A stretch of 64,000 nt of DNA from a phage, in the sequence record PV419677.1. One strand, written 5' to 3'. Numbering within the stretch: position 1 is the stretch's first letter; the number at the start of each line of letters is the position of its first letter. Both the position numbers and the translations under genes were made by a program. This document shows, piece by piece, positions 27,108-36,151 of this stretch. Under the pieces are notes generated by a model. The model worked only from the letters and a program-made list of their open reading frames with translations, was not told where the DNA came from and did not search any database.

Positions 27108-27551
27108 TTAAATTTCAAATTCTTTGCGGAAGTTGGAAGCATAAGACTGAACTGATGCTTTGTTGAATCCAAACTCACGCACAATCATATCAATAACAGC
27201 TCTGCGAGCAGCACCATTAGACATATTAACAGTTTTGAACATATCATAGCATAAATCTTTGTTGCTCATACCGGAGCGTTTAGGTGCCTTACGTTCAGCT
27301 TTTGGTTCAGTCTTAGGAGTAGGTTTAACTTCTGGTTTAACCTGTCCATCATTCAGACCTTTAAAAATTTTACCTGCCAGTGTTGCCAGTTTAGCAGCTT
27401 CGCCACGAGTGATACCAAATACTGCCGGGTTAAATGAAATACCTTCAGCTGTCAGACGTTTGAAGAACATACGTGCAGCGGATTGTGCTTCAGCTTCAGA
27501 AGAGTTGTTTAATGCCAGTTTAACATACTTAACCAATTTTGAAGTTTTCAT
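27108..27551 (-). CDS. hypothetical protein, paralog A (VQSYASNFRK C-terminus)
   Basis: from MKTSKL; C-terminal GAARRAVIDMIV..VQSYASNFRK shared with the next gene. Confidence 0.55.
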   Translation of the reverse strand: MKTSKLVKYVKLALNNSSEAEAQSAARMFFKRLTAEGISFNPAVFGITRGEAAKLATLAGKIFKGLNDGQVKPEVKPTPKTEPKAERKAPKRSGMSNKDLCYDMFKTVNMSNGAARRAVIDMIVREFGFNKASVQSYASNFRKEFEI

Positions 27552-27593
27552 TTTATTATCCCGTTTGTTTATTTGGTAACTCAGTATGGGATA

Positions 27594-27623
27594 ATTATAC
27601 ACTATCCCACCTGGAAGTAAAAC
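27594..27623 (-). promoter_or_regulatory. sigma70-like early promoter (-35 GTTTTAC, -10 GTATAAT)
   Basis: repeat cassette; -10 flanked by GGGATA/TATCCC. Confidence 0.45.
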
Positions 27624-27634
27624 ACTTTTCTCAA

Positions 27635-28060
27635 TTATTTTTGAGCTTTGCGGAAGTTGGAAGCATAAGACTGAACAACAGTCTTTTTGATATCATGGGT
27701 GTTAACCAGAACATCAATCAGAGCGCGACGAGCTGCACCATCTGCCATATCAATTTCTGCAAATGCCTGGAAGCAAATGTCACGAGCATTACCAGATTTG
27801 GACCGGATTTTTTCTTCTTTAACTTCTTCAATTGGGAATTCAATCATTTCAGCTTGGATTAATTCAATGATAGATTCTTTTGACTGTTTGGTGTTTACCT
27901 TCAGTTCAGAATTAAGGGACTTGGCAATGGCAACAATCTGGGTTGAAGTCAGATGAATAAGTGCATCTTCACGAATGCAGATTTCACATACTTCGTCAGC
28001 AACCATTTTGTTGGTGATGCGGGTAACAGAGAATGCAGAGGTCAGGGTCAGGAAGTTCAT
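27635..28060 (-). CDS. hypothetical protein, paralog B (VQSYASNFRK C-terminus)
   Basis: from MNFLTL; C-terminal GAARRALIDVLV..VQSYASNFRK. Confidence 0.55.
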   Translation of the reverse strand: MNFLTLTSAFSVTRITNKMVADEVCEICIREDALIHLTSTQIVAIAKSLNSELKVNTKQSKESIIELIQAEMIEFPIEEVKEEKIRSKSGNARDICFQAFAEIDMADGAARRALIDVLVNTHDIKKTVVQSYASNFRKAQK

Positions 28061-28111
28061 TTTATTTCTCCAAAGTTTTGTTTGATTCAGTGTGTAACTC
28101 AGTATGGAATC

Positions 28112-28141
28112 ATTATGCACCCGGTCAATTCGGATGTACAC
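28112..28141 (-). promoter_or_regulatory. sigma70-like early promoter (-35 GTGTAC, -10 CATAAT)
   Basis: repeat cassette with CCATACTGAGTTAC leader. Confidence 0.45.
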
Positions 28142-28171
28142 TACTTTTTGAAGAAAATTTCAAATTTATTC

Positions 28172-28206
28172 GGGGTATAAAAAAGCCCCAACCTTTCGGA
28201 AGGGGC
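28172..28206 (-). terminator. intrinsic terminator 3' of the tRNA/stable-RNA cluster
   Basis: GCCCC..GGGGC hairpin followed by a six-U run on the minus strand. Confidence 0.55.
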
Positions 28207-28215
28207 TATGCCTTG

Positions 28216-28589
28216 CGGCAACCTTGTCGGGGTTCCACCTGCTAAGGCAAGTGTTTGTACGAAACGCCGGGATTTGAACCCGGTTATTAAGTAGTTGACG
28301 CTACTCAATATTTTTAAAAGGCCATATCTCGACCATATCCGAACGTTCCGTCAAAAACGCTGCTCGGCTTACGGCAAAGATATTCCCTCGAATCGATAAT
28401 TCTGTGCGCCGTTTCAGCTGTGATATAAGGGGACATCAACAAATCGTAAAGATTTATTAATGCCAGTCCTTAAACAGGGAACTTCAGTCCGACGACTTAC
28501 CGGTAGCGACCCGGTTTCTTGTTTGTTGCGCCGGTGAATGCTGATAATCAGTCTTCATACGACGGCTTGACTATATAATAGTCTTCATT
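28216..28589 (-). ncRNA. non-coding region 3' of tRNA-Arg, putative stable small RNAs
   Basis: ~375 nt with no ORF-track ORF; hairpins GACTAT-TA-ATAGTC and CTGAT-T-ATCAG; tRNA-like T-arm CCGGGTTCAAATCCCGG at 28266-28282. Confidence 0.4.
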
Positions 28590-28664
28590 TGGTATCCCGC
28601 CCTGGGATCGAACCAGGACCGCAAACTTAGAAGGATCGTATGCTATCCATTACACCAGCGGGAC
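28590..28664 (-). tRNA. tRNA-Arg (anticodon UCU)
   Basis: 75 nt hand-folded cloverleaf: acceptor GTCCCGC/GCGGGAT, T-arm CCTGG-TTCGATC-CCAGG, anticodon loop CTTCTAA, encoded CCA. Confidence 0.7.
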
Positions 28665-28669
28665 ATAGT

Positions 28670-28746
28670 TGGTGACCCAGACCAGATTTGAACTGGTAAC
28701 CTTTCCCTTATGAGGGGACTGCTGCTAACCATTGAGCTACAGGGCC
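28670..28746 (-). tRNA. tRNA with CAU anticodon (Met or Ile2-type)
   Basis: 77 nt: T-arm ACCAG-TTCAAAT-CTGGT, anticodon loop CTCATAA, encoded CCA; D-arm pairing imperfect in my hand fold. Confidence 0.6.
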
Positions 28747-28845
28747 TTAATTCTATTATGAAAGGTTCTTTGAGGGAAGAACCTTTGGTAATAGAGGGTA
28801 CTTAATAATGATATAGTAATAATATCACATAATTCTTAAAGCATA

Positions 28846-29226
28846 TCAACCTTCATCAACAATAGTATGTGTATTGGCATTGACAATCTGCCACCAGTCA
28901 AAACGGTTGAAACCATAACAAGGCTTATTCTCGTTTTCTTTAATGATAACACGCAGTTCATCTTCGGTCGCAGCCTTTGCGATTAAGTCAGCATAACCGC
29001 CGCGAGGATAATAGTTATCACCTGCAAAAAGCAAAAAATTTGTTTTGATATTCTTGAATTCTTCAAGAGTAATAACTGTTCCACCAGGTTGAACAATATC
29101 TACATAACTATACCCTAATTTTTGAGCTTCATCTACCGCTTCAAGCAGGGTGTCATGTGCCCGCCCAATTTGACAATCTGGTTTTTCAGATGGATTTGCC
29201 TGATAATCCGCATACACTTTATACAT
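28846..29226 (-). CDS. hypothetical protein
   Basis: from MYKVYADYQ (ATG at 29226). Confidence 0.5.
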   Translation of the reverse strand: MYKVYADYQANPSEKPDCQIGRAHDTLLEAVDEAQKLGYSYVDIVQPGGTVITLEEFKNIKTNFLLFAGDNYYPRGGYADLIAKAATEDELRVIIKENENKPCYGFNRFDWWQIVNANTHTIVDEG

Positions 29227-29227
29227 T

Positions 29228-29413
29228 TTACTCACCTTTAGAGATTTTATCCATAACGAAAGAGATTGAACCAATTAAAAATGCAACTACTAAAGAGATT
29301 ATATTCTCAGAAGTTGAAAGCATATTCAACATAAAGCCAGCAAACATGCTAAAACCAAAAGCGGTAACAGCAACAAGGGCAGTAACATTTCTAATTAATT
29401 CACAACGTTTCAT
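29228..29413 (-). CDS. small two-helix membrane protein
   Basis: 61 aa, hydrophobic. Confidence 0.45.
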   Translation of the reverse strand: MKRCELIRNVTALVAVTAFGFSMFAGFMLNMLSTSENIISLVVAFLIGSISFVMDKISKGE

Positions 29414-29441
29414 TTTATTCTCCTCAGTAGTTGATGGGATA

Positions 29442-29471
29442 ATTATAATGCAGTTATCCCATCACGTACAC
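29442..29471 (-). promoter_or_regulatory. early promoter with -10 TATAAT inside inverted repeat GATGGGATA/TATCCCATC
   Basis: -35 GTGTAC; arms flank the -10. Confidence 0.45.
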
Positions 29472-29749
29472 TAAATTTTTGTATATTGTCCAGCTTTAAC
29501 TTTTTTCAGTTCACGAGGGCTTACCGCATAAGTGAATGGAGCATTCCAGGAAGAACTGACTTTGTAACCTTTAGTCAACATCATTGCTGAAACTTTCTTG
29601 TTATCAGGACCGTTTTCGCCTTTAACAAGAAACAACTCAAATGCGCCACCATCAACCGGTTTGGCCTTAACCATCAGATGTCCTTTCAGGTCTTCCAGCA
29701 TGTCCGGGTGACTAATTGATTCGTTAATAAATTCTTGATAAGTTTTCAT
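29471..29749 (-). CDS. internal-protein-like (capsid-targeting N-terminus)
   Basis: MKTYQEFINES; 92 aa, basic. Confidence 0.65.
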   Translation of the reverse strand: MKTYQEFINESISHPDMLEDLKGHLMVKAKPVDGGAFELFLVKGENGPDNKKVSAMMLTKGYKVSSSWNAPFTYAVSPRELKKVKAGQYTKI

Positions 29750-29775
29750 TAGTAGCTCCAGTAGTTGATGGGATA

Positions 29776-29805
29776 ATTATACTGCAACTATCCCATCACG
29801 TACAT
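29776..29805 (-). promoter_or_regulatory. early promoter with -10 TATAAT inside inverted repeat GATGGGATA/TATCCCATC
   Basis: -35 ATGTAC; near-identical to the cassette at 29442-29471. Confidence 0.45.
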
Positions 29806-30104
29806 TACATTTTTGAACCACGAATTACGCCATAAGCGGCGAAGTCGTCAGTGATATTTTTAGGAGTGTTTTTACCCGTTTCAATGAAAGCAATGCTTGA
29901 TTTCTGACTAAAAGAGGTAATTTTGTTATAGTTAGAGTCAAGGAAGGTATAACCATTTTTACGCAGCTGGTCAAAGTCTTCAGCATCGCCTTTACCTTTG
30001 AAGTCAACCCATTTGTAGGTGTTTTTCTTCTGAAGGCCCAGAGGCCAGGTTTTTGCTTCCGCCAGGTAATTGTTTTCTACCAAAAATTCATGGAGCGTTT
30101 GCAT
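29805..30104 (-). CDS. internal-protein-like (capsid-targeting N-terminus)
   Basis: MQTLHEFLVEN; 99 aa; shares GKGDAEDF..KNGY block with the ORF at 18245. Confidence 0.6.
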   Translation of the reverse strand: MQTLHEFLVENNYLAEAKTWPLGLQKKNTYKWVDFKGKGDAEDFDQLRKNGYTFLDSNYNKITSFSQKSSIAFIETGKNTPKNITDDFAAYGVIRGSKM

Positions 30105-30112
30105 TTGAAATC

Positions 30113-30385
30113 CTATTTTAGATAAATTGCGTATTTTTTATAACCAGCTGTCTCATGACGGAGACCCTTGTCATTGGCAAAACGCTCAATGTTATTAATT
30201 TGGTTCTGGTCAAGTTCTGAAATGTCAAACGCGAAAAAGTTGCGTTTGTTGCCAATTGTTATATGGTCAGTTAAGTCAATGCTATACAGGTGATTGATAT
30301 TGTCAATCATAGCTTTGACTGCTTTACTAATTTTTACTTCTTCATTCAGTTGTGACTCGTTGAAAAATTCATTGAAAGTTTTCAT
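30113..30385 (-). CDS. internal-protein-like (capsid-targeting N-terminus)
   Basis: MKTFNEFFNES; 90 aa. Confidence 0.6.
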   Translation of the reverse strand: MKTFNEFFNESQLNEEVKISKAVKAMIDNINHLYSIDLTDHITIGNKRNFFAFDISELDQNQINNIERFANDKGLRHETAGYKKYAIYLK

Positions 30386-30393
30386 AAGAAACC

Positions 30394-30726
30394 TTATTTA
30401 TAAAGTTTTGCCAGTTCTTTACGTCCGCGAGCAGACATAATAAATTGTTCATCGCCAATTTTAAAATAAGCCATACCGCCGTCAACAGCGATACCAATTT
30501 CTTTAGTACCTTCTTTGCCTTTCCACTTGCCACCAGATTTCAGGACAGCTTCAACTGCAGCTTTGGAATATTTGGACGTTTGAAAACGTTCATTACCAAT
30601 CTGAAAGAAAACACCATCTGCATTTTTGGTTAAACCAAATTTCAGAGAGCCTTCACTATCATCAATTGATTTGGTCTCATTGATGGCGGATTCGGCTAAA
30701 AACTCGTTGTAAGTTTTGATGTTCAT
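30394..30726 (-). CDS. internal-protein-like (capsid-targeting N-terminus)
   Basis: MNIKTYNEFLAES from ATG at 30726; 110 aa. Confidence 0.6.
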   Translation of the reverse strand: MNIKTYNEFLAESAINETKSIDDSEGSLKFGLTKNADGVFFQIGNERFQTSKYSKAAVEAVLKSGGKWKGKEGTKEIGIAVDGGMAYFKIGDEQFIMSARGRKELAKLYK

Positions 30727-30789
30727 ATTAACTCCATTGTTCATTCGTTGGTGTAGGAACATAATACTGCACCTACACTTATTTGTACA

Positions 30790-31480
<691 letters not shown>

Positions 31481-31481
<1 letters not shown>

Positions 31482-32158
31482 TATATTACCTTATTAATTT
31501 TATCAAAAAGTTCTTCGAGTGTGCCATTGTTTTTAATAACAATGTCACTAGCTAGTGGTGGAAGTCCAGCTTCCGTAATGTGTGTATCAGTAGAATGATT
31601 TGCTTCATCGCGTTCTACAAAGATTATTGTAGCACCCATCGCCCGAAGCGAATCAAGTTCGTTCTTTTGACGAACATCTGGGACAACGTAATATTTATAT
31701 CCAGAATAGAGGTTGTCAAGATAATCGCACGCAAAAGTTTTAATCCAAAACATGCTGTCGAACTCTGTACAAACGATGTCAGTTCCAAGGGTCTGCATGA
31801 AACGTCTAACTGTCCAGGGCTCAACATTATTTAGTGTGTGAAATTCAATGATTTTACGAACCATATCTGGATTCGGAAGGTCAAGATTGTATTGTTGTTT
31901 CAACCATTCAAGAGCATCAACCAGAAGAATATAAGCTTCGGTGTTGTTCATTATCAAGGTTTTTTCACGGTCATAACCTTGTCCATCAAAATTTTCCAGG
32001 GTCAAATTGTGTGGCAGGTCTTGACGAATCCACGCTTTATAAAGCGCTTCTTTAATCGGACCTGCAAGCTGCCACTTTGTTCCGTTTTGACTAATAACAT
32101 AATCAGCAGTCGTATCTTTACCACTGCGTTTTTTACCCACAATCGCAATTAATTTCAT
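31481..32158 (-). CDS. 1: deoxynucleoside monophosphate kinase
   Basis: MKLIAIVGKKRSGKDTTADYV P-loop and overall match to T4 gp1 as recalled. Confidence 0.85.
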
Positions 32159-32754
32159 ACGTTTCTCATAGATGGATGCATTGACTTAGACCTGATTTCC
32201 TGTTGCATTGCTGCATTACTATCAATCTGTGGTCTACCTTCTATTATTATACCATCAATTTCTACAGCAAAAGACTTAAAGTTAAAAGTTGCTGTTGCAT
32301 TGATAGCCGGGTCAGAATCTTCTTTATATGAGTACTGAATCTCTGACAGGTCGGACGGCCATGCTCCATAGTAATGGATTGACATGACAATTTTGTCCTT
32401 GTTGTTATCTAAGATATGAAGCGTGACCGCTTCGGGGCGACCCTTCGGATGCCATGCTTTTGATTCGTGTGTGATGTAGTTGTTGAGCGAGAGCATCCAT
32501 TTATAGATGTCAAGCCATGCTCTTAAGTCTTTGTCACACAGAAAGTTAACAATCAGTGGGTCGAATTCTATTGTACTACCAGGAAGGCTGGAGCGATTTA
32601 TACCTTGTGTTCCGCCCGGAACATCCGTCACAGGAATGTGAACTCCAGGGAGGGTAACATCTTGAACGTTGAGTTTAAAGGTCTGTGTGAGGTTTGAATC
32701 GCTTACCTCTAATATAAAGTTAGTCGTGTTAGTTTGATTATATAAACCTGACAT
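32155..32754 (-). CDS. 3: tail completion / tube terminator protein gp3
   Basis: 199 aa at the T4 gene 3 position (order 1-3-2-4); assigned by synteny. Confidence 0.55.
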   Translation of the reverse strand: MSGLYNQTNTTNFILEVSDSNLTQTFKLNVQDVTLPGVHIPVTDVPGGTQGINRSSLPGSTIEFDPLIVNFLCDKDLRAWLDIYKWMLSLNNYITHESKAWHPKGRPEAVTLHILDNNKDKIVMSIHYYGAWPSDLSEIQYSYKEDSDPAINATATFNFKSFAVEIDGIIIEGRPQIDSNAAMQQEIRSKSMHPSMRNV

Positions 32755-32839
32755 AATGCACCTTGTTTGCTTTAAAACAATCAGTGTTATAATGGTTCTA
32801 GACCTTTTGTCCTTACCAATAACACTGACCGATAATAGA

Positions 32840-33514
32840 TTATTTTATTAATGTGTTAAGTCTTAGCTTAGTCATAAACGGATAACGTTCCAACATTGGC
32901 TTTACCCAGTATCGAGGATGCAATTCCTTTTTATATGCTAGGACCAACTCTCGAGCTTGCTCGACGGTATCAACTCCGAAGTTTTTACACATTTCTTGCC
33001 TATCTTTTTCCCACCGGCGCTTTCTCAATTCATCCTGAATCTCTTTATTTTTAAAATGTTCATTATTGCGAGAATGTTTTGTACCCTTGGTTGGACTGTA
33101 ATGTCTTCCTTTGACAAACCCATCCGGAACATCTTCCCATGGAAATAGTTTTATCGATTTGACACCATTATTAAAGTAAACTTTACCGGTTTGACTTTTA
33201 GAAATATTGTCAGCGTGCCTACGTCTTAACCAACCAAATAATTTATTATTGCGTTTCAAATACTTGCTTGACTGACTCATAGATGTGGCGGCAAAACTTA
33301 AACCTGGATTTGTATGATATATTTTAACCAATAGTTGATGGGCTACATAATGTTCCTCTGGAGTCAAATCGACCAGATTATCTGGGTCATTGGAACCGCC
33401 CATACATTTTGGAATGATGTGATGAGATTCTTTATATGAAATCAGGACCCTATTACGGGCCCTTTCAATTAACGATAAATATATAAACTGATAATTCAAA
33501 GTGAATTTCTCCAT
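32840..33514 (-). CDS. HNH homing endonuclease
   Basis: [29 protein letters not shown]; inserted between genes 3 and 2, overlaps gene 2 3' end. Confidence 0.7.
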   Translation of the reverse strand: MEKFTLNYQFIYLSLIERARNRVLISYKESHHIIPKCMGGSNDPDNLVDLTPEEHYVAHQLLVKIYHTNPGLSFAATSMSQSSKYLKRNNKLFGWLRRRHADNISKSQTGKVYFNNGVKSIKLFPWEDVPDGFVKGRHYSPTKGTKHSRNNEHFKNKEIQDELRKRRWEKDRQEMCKNFGVDTVEQARELVLAYKKELHPRYWVKPMLERYPFMTKLRLNTLIK

Positions 33515-34332
33515 ACTTTCTGTGAAGAAAATCTTTTGCCTTTTGAAAAAAACTGCTGAAGGGGGAGTAATACAACGTTTGCCCAGTCGCTGGGCTTGAT
33601 TTCAGTGATAGTACCTTTTATATTGCCAGGTATATATGCTTTAATCATCTGGTCAGCCCCTTTAAATCCCTTCACCTTTGACCAATCAATCTTCAGATGA
33701 GTCTTGTTTGTAATCGTAGGAGTATTGGCATATTGTTTAAGAAGTTCCTCAAGGAACTCTTGACGTGCCTTCGGTGGAATATAGTGCAAGTTCAAACCAT
33801 ACATCAAATTGTGCTTACCTAGCCCAAGATAAATGATTAACGGATATTTGTCCCAGTATGGAAGAGTATCCTTATGCTTTGCATCATAGATATAAGCATA
33901 AAGTTTGCCCGGTTGAGGTTTAGCCGTTACGTGCCCACGAACTGATTTCTTAATTGTCTCTGCGAACCATCTGGCAGATTTGGTGTTGCTTGCAGCACCT
34001 TCGTTAGCAATCTTATCTCTTATGCTCTTTCTAAAGCTATTCACCATTATCAGCTGGCGTTCTGCCTTCGTAAGTTTACCAGCAGGTTTCTTTTTGAGTT
34101 TAGATACTTTATAAGCAGTCTGAATTCTTGAATTGTATCTTGACATGCTTTTGGTAAAGGTCGAATAGTTGATTCCTTTCTCTTCAGCAAACTTCTTCGA
34201 GGTCATTCCCTTTTCTTTTGCTGTATAAAATTCAACCCCTATCTCAACCCATTGTTGTTCGGATTTACTGGGTTTCGGACCTGGTTTATCTGCAGATTCA
34301 TTGATAAATGTAAAAATACTCATCCTTTCCAT
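33496..34332 (-). CDS. 2: DNA end-protector protein gp2
   Basis: 278 aa basic protein at the T4 gene 2 position; by synteny and size. Confidence 0.6.
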   Translation of the reverse strand: MERMSIFTFINESADKPGPKPSKSEQQWVEIGVEFYTAKEKGMTSKKFAEEKGINYSTFTKSMSRYNSRIQTAYKVSKLKKKPAGKLTKAERQLIMVNSFRKSIRDKIANEGAASNTKSARWFAETIKKSVRGHVTAKPQPGKLYAYIYDAKHKDTLPYWDKYPLIIYLGLGKHNLMYGLNLHYIPPKARQEFLEELLKQYANTPTITNKTHLKIDWSKVKGFKGADQMIKAYIPGNIKGTITEIKPSDWANVVLLPLQQFFSKGKRFSSQKVWRNSL

Positions 34333-35048
34333 CCTTCTATAAAATTAATCAAATCATTTTTTAAATAGTATGGTAAGGTTTCTGTATAGCCATCGACCAT
34401 AATATCTTTATTCAAATAACCTCTGTCTTTTATATATAATACAGATATTGCGGATTCTAACATTTTGGCTTGTGCACCCAGTTCAAATTCTCGATAATAT
34501 AATTTGGAACTAATGCATTTGGAAAAATGATTTTGCTGCCACAATCTAAAATCATGATTGGAAGTTATACCATACTTTAAAGCAGTTCCGCCCGGATATT
34601 CTATTTTATTAACATAAACAATAGCAGGTTTCTTTGCGTTAAATCCTTTGTGACAACAGTTTGGACATCCTTTGTTTTTTGTTGTAAAGTTGTTTAGATT
34701 TGTAATCCAACTGGTTGAACATGTAGAACACTTTATATAGGCTTTTGATTTTGTAAAAGTTGAATATGTGGTATCCCATTTATCAAAACTATACAATGGA
34801 TTCACGGAATTTATTCTTGTGATTGCATCTAATTCAGATATTAATTTGCTTTCACCATAAGAACGTTTTAAATTACAATTAGAACACCAACTTTTTGTTT
34901 TTAACTTATGCTTTAAAACAGTTGCTTTGTATTTGCATGTTTCTTCACATATAAAGCACTTTACAAATATCAAAGTTTTTGATTTATTAAAATCGCCTTG
35001 TCCCACTATCTCGCCATTTGTGATGTTAAAATCTGAACAATCGTACAT
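34320..35048 (-). CDS. zinc-finger protein with C-terminal GIY-YIG-like motif (putative endonuclease)
   Basis: N-terminal Cys clusters; [21 protein letters not shown] followed by a conserved Arg; inserted between genes 2 and 4. Confidence 0.45.
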   Translation of the reverse strand: MYDCSDFNITNGEIVGQGDFNKSKTLIFVKCFICEETCKYKATVLKHKLKTKSWCSNCNLKRSYGESKLISELDAITRINSVNPLYSFDKWDTTYSTFTKSKAYIKCSTCSTSWITNLNNFTTKNKGCPNCCHKGFNAKKPAIVYVNKIEYPGGTALKYGITSNHDFRLWQQNHFSKCISSKLYYREFELGAQAKMLESAISVLYIKDRGYLNKDIMVDGYTETLPYYLKNDLINFIEGWKG

Positions 35049-35500
35049 TATAAACCCTTATATCCCATTTTTCTAAGCGCATCTTCAGTAATCAATCTAA
35101 ACTGGATGCCCATTTTATCGGCTACGGCCTGCGCTGCTTTCCACTTATCCTTGTTGACGGCCCAAGTGTACATTTCGTTCATGAATCTCTTCTTGCTCGC
35201 GGCAGTCGTATTAACTGGTTTTGCTGGAGGCCTTGTTTCCTTTTTGGGTTTGACCTCAAAGAAAAACTGTTGTCCATTTGAGAATTTCACCCACATATCC
35301 ATGTAATATCTGCGTTTTTTACCATCCGCATTACTGAAATATGGAATAATTACGGTCTCTGACCCCCATTGCACCACATCTGGATGATTATCCAACCAGT
35401 TAAATACAAATTTTTCCCAGTTTGACCTGTATGTGATTTTCTTCCAGTCTCCTTTGTACTTGGCAACGTTTTTTGGCTGCCACTTCCCGGAGTATGCCAT
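35048..35500 (-). CDS. 4: head completion protein gp4
   Basis: 150 aa; MAYSGKW N-terminus; T4 gene 4 position and size. Confidence 0.75.
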   Translation of the reverse strand: MAYSGKWQPKNVAKYKGDWKKITYRSNWEKFVFNWLDNHPDVVQWGSETVIIPYFSNADGKKRRYYMDMWVKFSNGQQFFFEVKPKKETRPPAKPVNTTAASKKRFMNEMYTWAVNKDKWKAAQAVADKMGIQFRLITEDALRKMGYKGL

Positions 35501-35528
35501 ATAGCCTCCTAATAAATATTGATATACT

Positions 35529-35536
35529 TATTTATA
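35529..35536 (-). promoter_or_regulatory. late promoter octamer TATAAATA for gene 4 (minus strand)
   Basis: exact octamer ~30 bp 5' of the gene 4 ATG; plus-strand TATAAATG near-consensus faces gene 53. Confidence 0.5.
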
Positions 35537-35548
35537 AATGGAGGCTTT

Positions 35549-36151
35549 ATGCTTTTTTCATTTTTTAACCCAATTGATTATGATGCTAAAACAATCAGAA
35601 AAAACTCGGCATCATTAACGAAAGAAGACGTCTTAAGCATCCCAATGACTGACATCTTCAGAAACTATCGTGCATATTTTGATAAGGTTGCGGTTAATTA
35701 TACACCGAAAACATATTACATCGCTGGAGCTCCAAGACCTGAAGAACTTGCATATCAGCTCTATGGTAATACTCAACTCTATTGGGTTCTCCTTATGCTT
35801 AATGATATCTATGACCCGTATTATGGTTGGATATGTTCACAAGAATCATCATATCAGGCATCAATTCAACGCTATTCGAATATAGGTGGTAATCAGGTTC
35901 TTTATCATGTAAATGAAGATGGTGAAAAATTCTGGAATCTTGTTTCTTATCCTGATAATCCATACACATGGTATGATAAAGGTGATAAGAACAAATTATA
36001 CCCACAGTATGAAGGCCCATTAGCTGCAGTGGATATCTACGAAGATGCTATTCGCAAAAATGAATATAAACGAGAAATAAAGATAATCGACCCTAATGAT
36101 ATCGAATCATTTATTTCGGCATTAATCCGCGAGATGGAGAAGGCGCTATGA
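35549..36151 (+). CDS. 53: baseplate wedge protein gp53
   Basis: from MLFSFFNPIDYDAKT; ~200 aa; matches T4 gp53 as recalled. Confidence 0.8.
   Translation: MLFSFFNPIDYDAKTIRKNSASLTKEDVLSIPMTDIFRNYRAYFDKVAVNYTPKTYYIAGAPRPEELAYQLYGNTQLYWVLLMLNDIYDPYYGWICSQESSYQASIQRYSNIGGNQVLYHVNEDGEKFWNLVSYPDNPYTWYDKGDKNKLYPQYEGPLAAVDIYEDAIRKNEYKREIKIIDPNDIESFISALIREMEKAL

Noticed and set aside
28262-28320. Third tRNA suggested by the T-arm CCGGGTTCAAATCCCGG
   Set aside because: I could not build an acceptor stem or D-arm around it; treated as part of a stable RNA or tRNA remnant.
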